Shown: positions 27,050-37,830, counted from the stretch's first letter. The stretch: DNA of 64,000 bases from an uncultured Solirubrobacteraceae bacterium (GCA_964588985.1 CAZPQW010000008.1:32001-96000), one strand, 5' to 3'. The notes: a model not told the origin generated them from the sequence alone. Made by a program: numbers and translations.

Positions 27050-27382
27050 ATGGCAGGCACCCTGACGCAAGTCACCGACACCAACTTCGACGCGGAGGTC
27101 ATCGAGGCCGAGGGCCCCGTGCTCGTCGACTTCTGGGCGCCGTGGTGCGGCCCGTGCCGCGTCGTGGCCCCCGTGCTCGAGGAGATCGCTTCCGAGCGCC
27201 CCGAGCTGCGGATCGTGAAGCTCGACATCGACGAGAACCCGCAGACCGCCGCCCGCTTCCAGGTGCTCTCGATCCCGACGATGATCCTCTTCAAGGGCGG
27301 CCAGCCCGTCAAGACCGTGATCGGCGCCTACCCCAAGAAGAAGCTCGAGCAGGAGCTGGAGCCCTCACTAGCCGCGGCGTAG
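27050..27382 (+). CDS. trxA: Thioredoxin
   Basis: 'VDFWAPWCGPC', 'SIPT', AAGGAG SD. Confidence 0.95.
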   Translation: MAGTLTQVTDTNFDAEVIEAEGPVLVDFWAPWCGPCRVVAPVLEEIASERPELRIVKLDIDENPQTAARFQVLSIPTMILFKGGQPVKTVIGAYPKKKLEQELEPSLAAA

Positions 27383-30300
27383 GCCGATGCTCAGGGGCAG
27401 GCCGTCGATCTCGGCTTGCCCCGTGAGGCTCTCGGCGCCGGCGTCCCCGTCCCCAAAGCTGAGCTCGACCGCGAGCGTCTCGCCCATCAGGTAGTCGCGG
27501 TGCGCTCGCGCCGCCTCCAGCAGCTCTTCGGCTCCGCCCAGCGTCAGCTCGATCCGATCCTCCACCTGCAGGCCCGCCGTCTTACGCGCGTTCTGCACCG
27601 CATGCACGATCTCGCGCGCGAGACCCTCGCGTCGCAGCTCCTCGTCGATCGCGAGATCGAGCGCGACCGCGTGGGCGCCTTCGCGCTCGACGCTGTAGCC
27701 GTCGGGGGCGCGCATCGTGAGCAGCAGGTCCTCGGCTGAGAGGGTGTGCTCGCGGCCATTCACCGAGATCCCCACCTCCTCGCCCGCGCGGATCGCCGCC
27801 GCAACGTGCGCGGGATCGAGCGCCGCGATCGCCTCCGCCGCTAGCGGCATGTCCTTCCCGAACAGCGGCCCCAAAGTGCGGTAGTTGGCCTTCACCTCGT
27901 AGCTGCCCAGCTCCTCCGCGCCGGCCACGAAGCGAACGCGCCTCACGTTCAGCTCCTCGCGCACCACGTCCGCCAGCCGCTCGATCGCCGCGCGCTCTCG
28001 CCCCTCCGCCACCACCGCGGCCTCGCCCAGCGGCTGGCGCACCTTGATCTTCGCCTTCCCGCGCGCGCCCAGGCCGAGGCGCACCGTCTCGCGCGCGAGC
28101 GCCATCGCCTGCTCCAGCTCCTCGTCGCGCTCACCCACGTCCGCAGCGCTGGGGAAGTCGCACAGGTGGACGCTCGCGAGCGTGCCGTCGAGGTTGTCGT
28201 AGATCTCATCCGCCACGAACGGGCAGAAGGGGGCGAGCATCTTCGAGATCGCCAGCAGACACGCGCGCAGCGTCGCGAACGCCGCCGGGTCGCCGTCCCA
28301 GAAGCGCCGCCGCGAGCGGCGCACGTACCAGTTGGAGAGATCGTCCACCAGGGCCGCGATCGCGCGGCCCGCGGTCGTCGCGTCATACGCGTCCAGGCGC
28401 TCGGCCACCAGCTCCGCGGTGCTCGCCGTGCGCGACAGCGCCCAGCGGTCGAGGTCGCCCTCCGGCGGCGTGTCCGCCAGTGCCTGCGCGAGCTCTTCGC
28501 CCGACGCGTTGGCGTAGAGGACGTAGAAGTAGTACGTCGACCACAGCTGCTTGAGGAACAGGCGCACGCCCTCGCCGATGGTCTCCGCCGAGAAGCGGTA
28601 GCCGTCCCACGGCTGCTTGGAGGTGAAGAAGTACCAGCGCAGCGCGTCCGCGCCGTAGGCGTCGAGCACCTGCCACGGCTCGACCGTGTTGCCTTTCGAC
28701 TTCGACATCTTCTGCCCGTCCTCGTCCAGGATCAAGCCGAGGCACACGACGTTCCTGTAGGGAGCCGGCTTCTCCAGGAGCGTCGCCACCGCCAGCAGCG
28801 AGTAGAACCAGCCGCGCGTCTGGTCCTGCGCCTCGCAGATGAAGTCCGCCGGGAAGCGAGACTCGAACACGTCCTGGTTCTCGAACGGGAAGTGGTGCTG
28901 GGCAAACGGCATCGCGCCCGAGTCGAACCACACGTCGATCACCTCCGGCACGCGCCTCATCGCCGCCCCGCACGCCGACCCATCCTCATCAAAATTCGGA
29001 CACGGGAATGAGACCTCGTCCACATACGGGCGGTGGTGGTCATCCAGCGGCGTCCCCGAGCGCTCGGCCAGCTCCTCGAACGAGCCGACCACGTGCACGT
29101 GCCCGCTCTCGCAGCGCCACACCGGCAGCGGCGTGCCCCAGTAGCGCTCGCGCGAGAGCGCCCAGTCGACGTTGTTCTTCAGCCAGTCCCCGAAGCGGCC
29201 GTGCTTGACGTGCGGCGGGTGCCAGCCCACCGTCTCGTTCGCCGCGAGCAGCTCGTCGCGCAGCTTCGACGTCGCGATGTACCAAGACGGTTTGGCGTAG
29301 TACAGCAGCGGCGTGCCGCAGCGCCAGCAGTGCGGGTAGGAGTGCTCGTACTCCTGCACCCGCAGCAGCAGCCCGCGGGCGTCCAGGTCCGCGATCAGCT
29401 CCTTCGTCAGAGCTGGGTCCTTGACGAAGTGGCCCTCGTAGGGCTCCCCGTCGCGGCTCAGCACACGCGCGTCATACGTACCGTCGGGGCGCACCGGGTT
29501 ATAGAGAGAGTCGGCCTGCGTCGGGTCGAACCCCACCCGCGGCGAGGCAGCCGACACGCGGTAGTCGTCCTCGCCGAAGGCCGGCGCCAGGTGCACGATG
29601 CCCGTGCCGTCCTGCGTCGTCACGAAGTCGTCAGCCAGGATCGGGAGGGGGCCGGGCGCACGGTCCTCGGCCGCGAAGATCGGGCCCTCGTAGGAGCCGT
29701 AGCGCTCCACCAGCTCCGTCCCCGAGAAGGACTCGAGCGCCTCCGTCGCCTCGCCCAGCACCGCCTCCATCCGCGCCTCCGCGAGCACGAACACCTCATC
29801 GCCCACGCGCACGCGTGTATAGGTGGCCGTCGGCGAGACCGCCACCGCCACGTTCCCCGGAAGCGTCCACGGCGTGGTCGTCCACACCAGCAGCCTCTCC
29901 GCGGGGGCTCCTGTAATCGGCAGCTTCAGGAACACGCTCGGGTCGACCACGTCCTTGTAACCAAGCGCCACCTCGTGCGAGGACAGAGTCGTCTCACAAC
30001 GCGGGCAGTAAGGCACGACCTTGTGTCCCTCGTACAGCAGCCCCCGCCGCTCGATCCGCGCGAGCGCCCACCACACCGACTCGATGTAGGTCTCATCCAG
30101 CGTCCGGTATGCGTTCTCCAGGTCGAGCCAGAAGCCGATCCGCTCCGTCAGCCGGTCCCACTCCTCAAGGAACGTGAACACCGACTCGCGGCACTTCGCG
30201 TTGAAGCGCTCGATGCCGTACTCCTCGATCTCCGACTTGGACGCGATCCCCAGCTCCTTTTCCACCGCGATCTCAACCGGCAGGCCGTGGCAGTCCCAGC

Positions 30301-30592
30301 CGCCCTTGCGCTCCACGCGCAGGCCGCGCATCGTCTGGAAGCGCGGGTAGATGTCCTTGAACACGCGCGAGAGCACGTGGTGGGAGCCCGGCGGCCCGTT
30401 CGCCGTGGGCGGGCCCTCGTAGAAGACCCACTGCTTCGCCTGCGCGCGCAACCGCAGCGACTCCGCGAACACGTCGCGCTCGCGCCAGCGCTCCAGCACC
30501 TCGAGCTCGAGGGCCGGAAAGGCCTGCGCGGGGTCGATCGCGCGAGCGGGGATCAGGGAGCGTTGTGGAGTGTCTGCCACGAGGCGGCTCAT
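27368..30592 (-). CDS. ileS: Isoleucine--tRNA ligase, type 2
   Basis: 'FYEGPPTANG', 'GWDCHGLPVE', 'WTTTPWTLP', 'KMSKS', long type-2 C-terminus; start approximate. Confidence 0.96.
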   Translation of the reverse strand: MSRLVADTPQRSLIPARAIDPAQAFPALELEVLERWRERDVFAESLRLRAQAKQWVFYEGPPTANGPPGSHHVLSRVFKDIYPRFQTMRGLRVERKGGWDCHGLPVEIAVEKELGIASKSEIEEYGIERFNAKCRESVFTFLEEWDRLTERIGFWLDLENAYRTLDETYIESVWWALARIERRGLLYEGHKVVPYCPRCETTLSSHEVALGYKDVVDPSVFLKLPITGAPAERLLVWTTTPWTLPGNVAVAVSPTATYTRVRVGDEVFVLAEARMEAVLGEATEALESFSGTELVERYGSYEGPIFAAEDRAPGPLPILADDFVTTQDGTGIVHLAPAFGEDDYRVSAASPRVGFDPTQADSLYNPVRPDGTYDARVLSRDGEPYEGHFVKDPALTKELIADLDARGLLLRVQEYEHSYPHCWRCGTPLLYYAKPSWYIATSKLRDELLAANETVGWHPPHVKHGRFGDWLKNNVDWALSRERYWGTPLPVWRCESGHVHVVGSFEELAERSGTPLDDHHRPYVDEVSFPCPNFDEDGSACGAAMRRVPEVIDVWFDSGAMPFAQHHFPFENQDVFESRFPADFICEAQDQTRGWFYSLLAVATLLEKPAPYRNVVCLGLILDEDGQKMSKSKGNTVEPWQVLDAYGADALRWYFFTSKQPWDGYRFSAETIGEGVRLFLKQLWSTYYFYVLYANASGEELAQALADTPPEGDLDRWALSRTASTAELVAERLDAYDATTAGRAIAALVDDLSNWYVRRSRRRFWDGDPAAFATLRACLLAISKMLAPFCPFVADEIYDNLDGTLASVHLCDFPSAADVGERDEELEQAMALARETVRLGLGARGKAKIKVRQPLGEAAVVAEGRERAAIERLADVVREELNVRRVRFVAGAEELGSYEVKANYRTLGPLFGKDMPLAAEAIAALDPAHVAAAIRAGEEVGISVNGREHTLSAEDLLLTMRAPDGYSVEREGAHAVALDLAIDEELRREGLAREIVHAVQNARKTAGLQVEDRIELTLGGAEELLEAARAHRDYLMGETLAVELSFGDGDAGAESLTGQAEIDGLPLSIGLRRG

Positions 30593-30762
30593 TCTCGCAG
30601 GCAGGCGCCGCGGGCGGCCATCGTCATGCGATCCGCCGCTGCAGTCGTCGGCGTATTTGGAGACACTCGCACGCGTGTAGGGGCAGGTGAGGCAAGCCTT
30701 CCGCAATTCAAGTCAGTGACTCAAAACGCGTTGTGTATCGTCGCTTCGATGGCAGGCACACG

Positions 30763-31635
30763 ATGCTAGACCGCGTCTCCATGCTGGTTAAGCCGTCGGC
30801 GCTCGCGGGCTTGGCGCGCCTCGACGACCCGTTCCTGAGCTACGTCCCGGACACGTTCGAGGTCAACTGGTCGGAGGGCCTGGAGCAGCTGCACGAGGAG
30901 AGCAGCCGCACGCACTTCATCGAGGTCTGGACCAGGCGCGCGATGCTCACGCGTCTCGGACCCCTTCGCGACGCTCCGACGGTGATCGACGTCGGCTGCT
31001 CCACCGGGCACCTGCTCGCGGATCTGAGCGTGCGCTTGCCCGACGCGACCCTGCTCGGGGTCGATCTCGTGGCCGCCGGCCTGCGCAAGGCGCACCGGCA
31101 GGTTCCCGACGCCCTGCTCCTGCAGGCGGATGTCTGCGCGCTGCCCCTGGAAGACGAATGCGTCGACGTCGCGCTGAGCGCGAACCTGCTCGAGCACGTG
31201 CCCGACGACCAGCGCGCGCTCGCGGAGATCGCGCGCATCCTCCGCCCCGGAGGTCGCGCGGTGATCGTCGTCCCGGTCAACCCCGGAAGCTACGACTGCT
31301 ACGACCGCCTGCTCGGCCACGAGCGTCGCTACGCGCGCGGCGAGCTCGCGCGCAAGGCCAGCGGGGCGGGGTTCGAGGTTCTGCAGGACATCCACCTCGG
31401 CGCCCCCCTGTTCCCCGCGTTCTGGGTGGTCAAGCAGCGCAATCGCATGCGCCACGAAGACCTGCGCGGTGACGCCCTCGAAGACAAGGTCAAGAGCGAC
31501 ATCGAGCGCACCGGCAACTCCGCGCTCGGCCATCTCGCCTGCAACCTCGAGGAGCTCCTGCTGCGATATGGAGTGAGGCTCCCGTTCGGGATCCGCGGGC
31601 TGACGGTGCTCGAACGCCCGCGAGGGGCGCCATGA
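30763..31635 (+). CDS. Class I SAM-dependent methyltransferase
   Basis: 'IDVGCSTG', 'LLEHVPDD', 'LRPGG', 'GHERRY'. Confidence 0.85.
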   Translation: MLDRVSMLVKPSALAGLARLDDPFLSYVPDTFEVNWSEGLEQLHEESSRTHFIEVWTRRAMLTRLGPLRDAPTVIDVGCSTGHLLADLSVRLPDATLLGVDLVAAGLRKAHRQVPDALLLQADVCALPLEDECVDVALSANLLEHVPDDQRALAEIARILRPGGRAVIVVPVNPGSYDCYDRLLGHERRYARGELARKASGAGFEVLQDIHLGAPLFPAFWVVKQRNRMRHEDLRGDALEDKVKSDIERTGNSALGHLACNLEELLLRYGVRLPFGIRGLTVLERPRGAP

Positions 31636-32723
31636 GCCCGGTCGATCGCACCACGAGCGCGACGGGAGGCCCGGTGGGCCTCGTGGGACAGCGGTCGCGT
31701 CGCGCCGACTCGGGGCGTCCCCGCGACCCCGCGGCTGTCGGCTCGACGCCCTGGGCGGTGGACGCGCCCGAGAGACCCACGCGACGGCTGCTGAGCATCG
31801 TGATCCCCGCGTACAACGAGCAGGACAACATCCAGCGCGTCTACGACCGCCTCGGCGCGGCCCTCGACGGGCTCGATCTCGAGTGGGAGCTGATCTTCAG
31901 CGTCGACCCGTGCACCGACAGCACCGAAGAGCTGATCCTGCGTCTGTGCGCTCAGGACGCACGGGTGAAGATGCTCCGCTTCTCGCGCCGGTTCGGCCAG
32001 CCGATGGCGACGATCGCGGGGCTCGAGGCGGCGGCGGGTGACGCGGCGGTCGTGGTCGACTGCGACCTGCAGGACCCTCCGGAGCTGATCCCCGAGCTGG
32101 TCGAGCGATGGCTCGAAGGCTACGACGTGGTGTACGCGCAGCGACGCACCCGGGCCGGTGAGACGCTCCCGAAGCGGATCGTCTCCGCCGTCGGCTACCG
32201 CCTGATCAAGCGCATCGCGGACGTCGACATCCCTCCCAACACCGGCGACTTCCGCCTGATGAGCCGCCGCGTGATCGACAACGTGGTGGCGCTCAAGGAG
32301 GGGCACGGCTTTCTGCGCGGCCTCGTCGGCCTGGTCGGGTTCCGCCAGACGAGCGTCCTCTACGATCGCGACGCGCGGGCGGCGGGGAACAGCAAGTACA
32401 ACCGCTTCCTGGGCTCGCTCGTGATCGGCCTCAACGGGATCGTCGGCTTCTCCCGCTACCCGCTGCACCTGATCTCGCTGATCGGGATGGCGCTCTCGGG
32501 CCTGGCCTTCACCCTCGCGATCGTCTACCTGGGCCTGAAGCTCGGCAGCGTTCCATTTCCCGTGGGCAACCCCACGATCGTGATCGTGATGTCGCTCTTC
32601 AGCGGCATCCAGCTCCTGTCGCTCGGTGTGATCGGCGAGTACGTCGGGCGGATCTACGACGAATCGCGCAATCGCCCGAAGTACATCGTCGAGTCTCGCC
32701 ACGGGTGGGACAGGAAAGCGTGA
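31632..32723 (+). CDS. GtrB-like polyprenol-phosphate glycosyltransferase (GT2, two C-terminal TMs)
   Basis: 'IPAYNEQ', 'FSRRFG', 'DCDLQDPPE', 'GDFRLM', 'GEYVGRIY..RP.Y'. Confidence 0.92.
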   Translation: MSPVDRTTSATGGPVGLVGQRSRRADSGRPRDPAAVGSTPWAVDAPERPTRRLLSIVIPAYNEQDNIQRVYDRLGAALDGLDLEWELIFSVDPCTDSTEELILRLCAQDARVKMLRFSRRFGQPMATIAGLEAAAGDAAVVVDCDLQDPPELIPELVERWLEGYDVVYAQRRTRAGETLPKRIVSAVGYRLIKRIADVDIPPNTGDFRLMSRRVIDNVVALKEGHGFLRGLVGLVGFRQTSVLYDRDARAAGNSKYNRFLGSLVIGLNGIVGFSRYPLHLISLIGMALSGLAFTLAIVYLGLKLGSVPFPVGNPTIVIVMSLFSGIQLLSLGVIGEYVGRIYDESRNRPKYIVESRHGWDRKA

Positions 32724-33220
32724 CGGCGGCCACGACGACGAGTCGCCGCCATCTCGCCCGCGCGTTCCTGCGCGACATCCGCTCTCCCCGGTGGGGCGTC
32801 GCGGGCCAGGGCTTCCGCTTCGCGCTCACCGGGAGCTTGGTGGCGGGGGTCTACGTTGGTGTCACCACGCTCCTGCACAGCGCGTTCGCGGTGCCGTTCC
32901 AGATCGCCCTCGCGATCGGGTTCGTGATGGGCGTTGCTCTGCACTTCACCCTCCAGCGCGTGTTCGTGTGGCGACACGACGAGCGCTTCGCGCTCGCCGT
33001 TCAGCATCAGGCCGCCCGTTACCTGCTGATGTGCGCGTTCCAGTACGGGGCCACGGCGCTCTCGACATCACAGCTGCCCGATCTGCTGGGGCTCCCGGTG
33101 GAGGCTGTCTACCTGGCAACCATGCTCACGCTCGCGAGTCTGAACTTCCTCATCTTCCGGGGGCGGATCTTTCACCCTGGATCCGGCGTCGCCGGCAAGC
33201 AGGGCGTCGTGCGTCGCTAG
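32720..33220 (+). CDS. GtrA-family flippase
   Basis: 'RFALTG', 'HFTLQRVFVW', four TMs. Confidence 0.85.
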   Translation: MTAATTTSRRHLARAFLRDIRSPRWGVAGQGFRFALTGSLVAGVYVGVTTLLHSAFAVPFQIALAIGFVMGVALHFTLQRVFVWRHDERFALAVQHQAARYLLMCAFQYGATALSTSQLPDLLGLPVEAVYLATMLTLASLNFLIFRGRIFHPGSGVAGKQGVVRR

Positions 33221-33693
33221 CCCGAGTCGTCGGTGCGCTTGTGCACGTGAAATACGCCGGTGCGAAACACCAGGAAGTTGAACACCGTGATCAGCGCCGC
33301 GGTCCCCAGGTACACGACCTCGGCGGAAACGCCGAGCAACGGCGGCAGCGCGGCGGTGGTGGCGGCACTCACACCGAGCTGAGAGACAGCCACGAGCAGA
33401 TAGCGCCCAATCTGGCGCCCGAACGTCAACGCGAACGCCTCGCCGCGTGACCACACGAACGTCCGCTGCAGTGTGAAGTGAACGACGATCGCCACGCTCC
33501 ACCCGATCGCGAGCGCGATTTGGAAACGCATGTGTGACATCGTCGAGAGCACCGTGGTGATCGTGATGTAGACGGCCGACACCACCGCGCCGCTGAGCGC
33601 GAATCGCATCCCCTGCGCAAGCACGCCATCCGCCCAGAGCGCCGCCAGGCTCCCGGTCAACGCTTGCCGTCGAAGCTCGAACGCAGCCCTCAT
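33217..33693 (-). CDS. GtrA-family flippase (paralog, convergent)
   Basis: 'RFALSG', 'HFTLQRTFVW'. Confidence 0.85.
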   Translation of the reverse strand: MRAAFELRRQALTGSLAALWADGVLAQGMRFALSGAVVSAVYITITTVLSTMSHMRFQIALAIGWSVAIVVHFTLQRTFVWSRGEAFALTFGRQIGRYLLVAVSQLGVSAATTAALPPLLGVSAEVVYLGTAALITVFNFLVFRTGVFHVHKRTDDSG

Positions 33694-33961
33694 CTGTCGC
33701 AGGGGTTCATTGCCGATCGAATGTTACGCTCGGTCGGATCCGGAAACCCAAGGCGAGGTTGCAGGCCCCTCGTTCCCGCCCCTATGGGGGCGTCGGATGT
33801 CTCCGACTCGCGCTCTCACGCAGGGTGAGACACACCCGCGAGGCGGAGATAGCGCAAAGTGCCAAGCAATGGAACTCATCAAGAGAACTGCAACTCACGT
33901 CCGGTAGGGTGGTTTCACGCTCGGGCGTCCGCCAAGCCAACTCATTGTGTGACAGCCAACC

Positions 33962-35692
33962 ATGCAAATCGACTCGACACGCCTAGCGACGGGAGCCACG
34001 CTCGAGGCAGATGTGGCGATCGCGGGGGCGGGTCCGGTGGGTATAACGCTCGCCTTGGAGCTTGCGGCCAGCGGGCACCGCGTGCTCTTGATCGAGAGCG
34101 GTGGCGATGCCTACGACGCTGACGTGCAGCGTCTCGGCGAACTCGCGGGAAGCGATCCAGCGCATGTCCCGATGTCGCTCGCCACGCGACGCCAGGTTGG
34201 CGGTACCTCGAACCTGTGGGCGGGACGCTGCGTGCCGTTCGATCCGATCGACTTCGAGAGTCGCGAGATCGTCGGCGGCGCTCGCTGGCCGGTGAGCTAT
34301 GCGGAGATGGAGCGGTACTTCGAGCGGGCGTGCGAATGGTGTGTCTGCGGCGAGCCGGTCTTCGACGCCGACCGGATCCCAGAGCTGTCCGGCGACTCGC
34401 TGATACCAGGCTGGCCGGGTGGCGACGTCCTGGCAACGTCGCTGGAGCGGTGGTCGCTACCCACCAACTTCGGCCGGTTCTATCGGGCCAGACTCAGGGA
34501 GTCGAAGCTACTCACCCTGGTCGACAAGCTCACCTGCACCGAGATCGTGTGCGCCGCGGATGGCCACAGCGTCGAGCGCGTCATCGCACAGACGCTTTCG
34601 GGCAAGCGCGTGAACATACAAGCCAAGAAGTACGTGCTTGCCTGTGGCGGCATCGAATCCACGCGCCTGCTGTTCTCCTCCAACCGCCACCACCGCGCTG
34701 GCATCGGCAATCACTCGGGCCATCTTGGCCGCTGGTACATGGGCCACCTCGGGGCCGCGGTCGCGGATGTTCGCTTTTCGACGCCGGCGGCCGCGACGAT
34801 GTACGGCTTCGAGCGGGACTCCGCCGGTACGTATGTCAGGCGGCGCTTCTCGTTTGCCCGCGACTACCTGTTAGAGCACGAATTGCCGAACGCGGCGCTG
34901 TGGCTCGAGAACCCGGAGATCGGCGACCCGACCCACGAGAGCGAGATCCTGTCATTCATCTATCTGGCCTTGACGTCGCCCGCCGGAGGGTACTTCGTGC
35001 CGGAGGGCATACGGCGACGCAAGATCGACACGGATATCCGCGGGTCGAGCATCCTGCACCTGAGAAACATCCTGCGCCGACTCCCGCATGTGGTGCGGTT
35101 CGCTCTCTCCTTTGGCTATGAACGCTACGTCAGGCCCGGATACAAGGTGCCGGGAATCTACATTTCCAGCCCATCGAACACATATCGGCTCTACTACCAC
35201 GGCGAGCACCTGCCGCACTACGAGAGTCGCATCTTCCCGACCTCCGAGTCCGATGCGCTCGGACTGCCGCGCATGGCGACTCGCCTGCGCTTCAGCGACG
35301 AGGACATCGAGGGCGCGTTGCGGATACACGATCATCTCGATCGATACCTCCAGCGCCACGGGCTCGGGCGCCTGAATTACCTGTATGACGACCCCGCGTC
35401 GGCATTGCGCGAGCAGCTGGTCGACGGTTACCATCAGGCGGGCACGACGCGCATGTCCGAGCGTCCCGAGGATGGGGTGCTCGACTCGCAGATGGCGGTT
35501 CACGGATTCGACGACCTGTTCGTGGCGAGCAGCTCGGCCTTTGTGTCCTCGGGGCAGGCCAACTCGACGTTCATGATCGTCGTGTTCGCGCTGCGGCTGG
35601 CGGAGCACATTCACAGGACCCTGCGTCCGACCGTGACTGTCACCACGACGCCGCCGCGCCTCGAGTTGGAGACATTGAGTCCCGATAATTAG
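33962..35692 (+). CDS. GMC-family FAD oxidoreductase
   Basis: 'GAGPVG', 'GGTSNLWAG', 'LACGGIESTRLL', 'HQAGTTRM', 'ANST'. Confidence 0.9.
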   Translation: MQIDSTRLATGATLEADVAIAGAGPVGITLALELAASGHRVLLIESGGDAYDADVQRLGELAGSDPAHVPMSLATRRQVGGTSNLWAGRCVPFDPIDFESREIVGGARWPVSYAEMERYFERACEWCVCGEPVFDADRIPELSGDSLIPGWPGGDVLATSLERWSLPTNFGRFYRARLRESKLLTLVDKLTCTEIVCAADGHSVERVIAQTLSGKRVNIQAKKYVLACGGIESTRLLFSSNRHHRAGIGNHSGHLGRWYMGHLGAAVADVRFSTPAAATMYGFERDSAGTYVRRRFSFARDYLLEHELPNAALWLENPEIGDPTHESEILSFIYLALTSPAGGYFVPEGIRRRKIDTDIRGSSILHLRNILRRLPHVVRFALSFGYERYVRPGYKVPGIYISSPSNTYRLYYHGEHLPHYESRIFPTSESDALGLPRMATRLRFSDEDIEGALRIHDHLDRYLQRHGLGRLNYLYDDPASALREQLVDGYHQAGTTRMSERPEDGVLDSQMAVHGFDDLFVASSSAFVSSGQANSTFMIVVFALRLAEHIHRTLRPTVTVTTTPPRLELETLSPDN

Positions 35693-35724
35693 CCAAATTG
35701 TTGCGGCTGACATAAGCTCGACCG

Positions 35725-37194
35725 ATGCGTCCCGAATCGCTGCCGTCCGTGCGAGAGATCCTCGCGACCCGCGTCGGCGAGGAGATGGCGCTCAACGACC
35801 GTTACCTGAATCCGCAGATGGGGAGGATCGTGAGAGCCGTGGGGTTCGACCGGGTCTGGACCGGCGGCGACGGCGCTCACCTGATCGACTCGACCGGCCG
35901 TCGCTACCTAGATCTGTTCGGTGGGCATGGCGTGTTCGCCGTCGGACGCAACCACCCCGAGGTCGTCGCCGCGCTGGAGGACGTGCTCGAGGCACGCACC
36001 GGAAACCTGCCCCAGCTGGGGGTGACGCTGCTCAGCGGAGTGCTGGCGGAGCAACTGCTGGCCCGCGCTCCCGGGAGCGTCGGCGCGATGGTGCCGTCGA
36101 ACACCGGCGCGGAGGCGGTCGAGGGAGCCGTCAAGATCGCCCGCGCGGCGACCGGACGCCCACGCATCCTCTACGCCGAGCAGGCATTTCACGGTCTCAC
36201 CCTCGGCGCGCTCTCGCTCAACGGCAACCCCGAGTTCCGGGAGGGCTTCGGACCGCTCGTTCCCGGCTGCGATGTCGTGCCGTTCGGCGATCTCGACGAG
36301 CTCGAGCGCGAGCTGTGCAGGGGCGACGTGGCCGCTTTCCTGATCGAGCCGATCCAGGGCAAGGGCGTCAACATGCCTCCGATCGGCTATCTCGAGGGCG
36401 CGCAGACGCTCTGTCGAGCGGCCGGGACGCTGTTCGTGTGCGACGAGGTGCAGACCGGCATTGGGCGGACGGGGCGCCTGCTGGCGCTCGAGCACTGGGG
36501 CCTGGAACCGGACATGATCTGCCTGTCGAAGGCGCTCTCGGGCGGGTTCGTGCCGATCGGGGCCCTGCTCGTCAGTCGCTCCGCCTTCGAGCGGGTGTTC
36601 GACCGGATGAAGCGGGCTGTGCGTCACGGCTCGACGTTCGGTGGAAACGACCTCGCCGCCGCCGCCGCGCTGGCGACGTTGCGCGCGTTCGACCGCGAAG
36701 ACCTGATCGCTCACGCCGAGCGCATGGGCGATCTGCTGTTCGCGCTGACCCGACCGCTGGTTGAACGCTACGAGATCGTCCGCGACGTGCGCGGCAAGGG
36801 GCTGATGTGGGGGATCGAACTGGGCCCACCCGAACGCAACGGCAAGCTGTCGATGTGGAGCGCAATCGAGCGCGCGCAGCCGGGAGTGTTCTCACAGCTG
36901 GTGACCGTGCCGCTGTTCCACGACCATCAGATCTTCTGCCAGGTCGCGGGCCGCCACATGAACGTGATCAAGGCGCTGCCCGCGATGGTCATCGAGGAAC
37001 GGGAGATCAGGCGCTTCGCGGCCGCCCTCGAGGAGGTCGTCGCCGGAGCCGAGCACGCGTCGCGGGCGATGGTGCGGCTCGGCTGGCGCACCGCCCGCCG
37101 GGTCTCGCGCGAACAGCTCGACGGCCGCCCATTCGCGCATACGGGGCCCCGCAACGGCTCCCACCCGCGCCACCTGGCGAAAGCCGGTCGCTAG
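35725..37194 (+). CDS. Class III PLP aminotransferase (HpnO-like)
   Basis: 'FHGLT', 'EPIQGKG', 'DEVQTGIGRTG', 'KALSGG', 'HGSTFGGN'. Confidence 0.88.
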   Translation: MRPESLPSVREILATRVGEEMALNDRYLNPQMGRIVRAVGFDRVWTGGDGAHLIDSTGRRYLDLFGGHGVFAVGRNHPEVVAALEDVLEARTGNLPQLGVTLLSGVLAEQLLARAPGSVGAMVPSNTGAEAVEGAVKIARAATGRPRILYAEQAFHGLTLGALSLNGNPEFREGFGPLVPGCDVVPFGDLDELERELCRGDVAAFLIEPIQGKGVNMPPIGYLEGAQTLCRAAGTLFVCDEVQTGIGRTGRLLALEHWGLEPDMICLSKALSGGFVPIGALLVSRSAFERVFDRMKRAVRHGSTFGGNDLAAAAALATLRAFDREDLIAHAERMGDLLFALTRPLVERYEIVRDVRGKGLMWGIELGPPERNGKLSMWSAIERAQPGVFSQLVTVPLFHDHQIFCQVAGRHMNVIKALPAMVIEEREIRRFAAALEEVVAGAEHASRAMVRLGWRTARRVSREQLDGRPFAHTGPRNGSHPRHLAKAGR

Positions 37195-37830
37195 ATGGCA
37201 TCTCGCGTCGAGCCGATGAAGCGGGAGGATCACGCCGCTCGTCGCGCCACCGCAGCCGACCTGCCGGTGCTCACGCGGATGCTCGTACGCGCCTTTATGG
37301 ACGATCCGGTGGCGGTGTGGGCGTGCAGGCGGGAGCGATTGCGCCCGCGGATGCTCGAAGGCATGTATCGCTCGCGGTTGCGCCAGATGCTCGCGCACGA
37401 GGAGGTCTGGACCAACCCGGACCGCACCAGCGCGGCGCTGTGGATGCCACCCGAGCGCTGGAAAACCACGCTGCGTCAAGACGCGGCGCTGGTTCGATGC
37501 TTCTTGAGCCCACACCTGATGGTGCGCCTGCCGATGATCGCCGTGGGTCTCAGCGGCGTGCAGCGAGCGCATCCGCGCACGCCGCCCCACTGGTACCTGT
37601 CGCTGCTCGGCACCGATCCGGACGCCCAGGGTCAGGGGTATGGGTCGGCGGTTCTCCGGCCGGTGCTCGAACAGTGCGACATCGACGGCGTGGGGGCGTA
37701 TCTCGAGTCTTCCAAGCGACGCAACCTCGACTTCTACGCGCGCTACGGCTTTCGGGTCGAGGGTGAGCTGCGACTTCCGTTCGGCGGCCCCACGATGTGG
37801 CCGATGTGGCGTGAGCCGCTGGGCGGATGA
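37195..37830 (+). CDS. GNAT acetyltransferase
   Basis: 'WYLSLLGTDPDAQGQGYGS', 'AYLESS..NL.FY.RYGF'. Confidence 0.9.
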   Translation: MASRVEPMKREDHAARRATAADLPVLTRMLVRAFMDDPVAVWACRRERLRPRMLEGMYRSRLRQMLAHEEVWTNPDRTSAALWMPPERWKTTLRQDAALVRCFLSPHLMVRLPMIAVGLSGVQRAHPRTPPHWYLSLLGTDPDAQGQGYGSAVLRPVLEQCDIDGVGAYLESSKRRNLDFYARYGFRVEGELRLPFGGPTMWPMWREPLGG

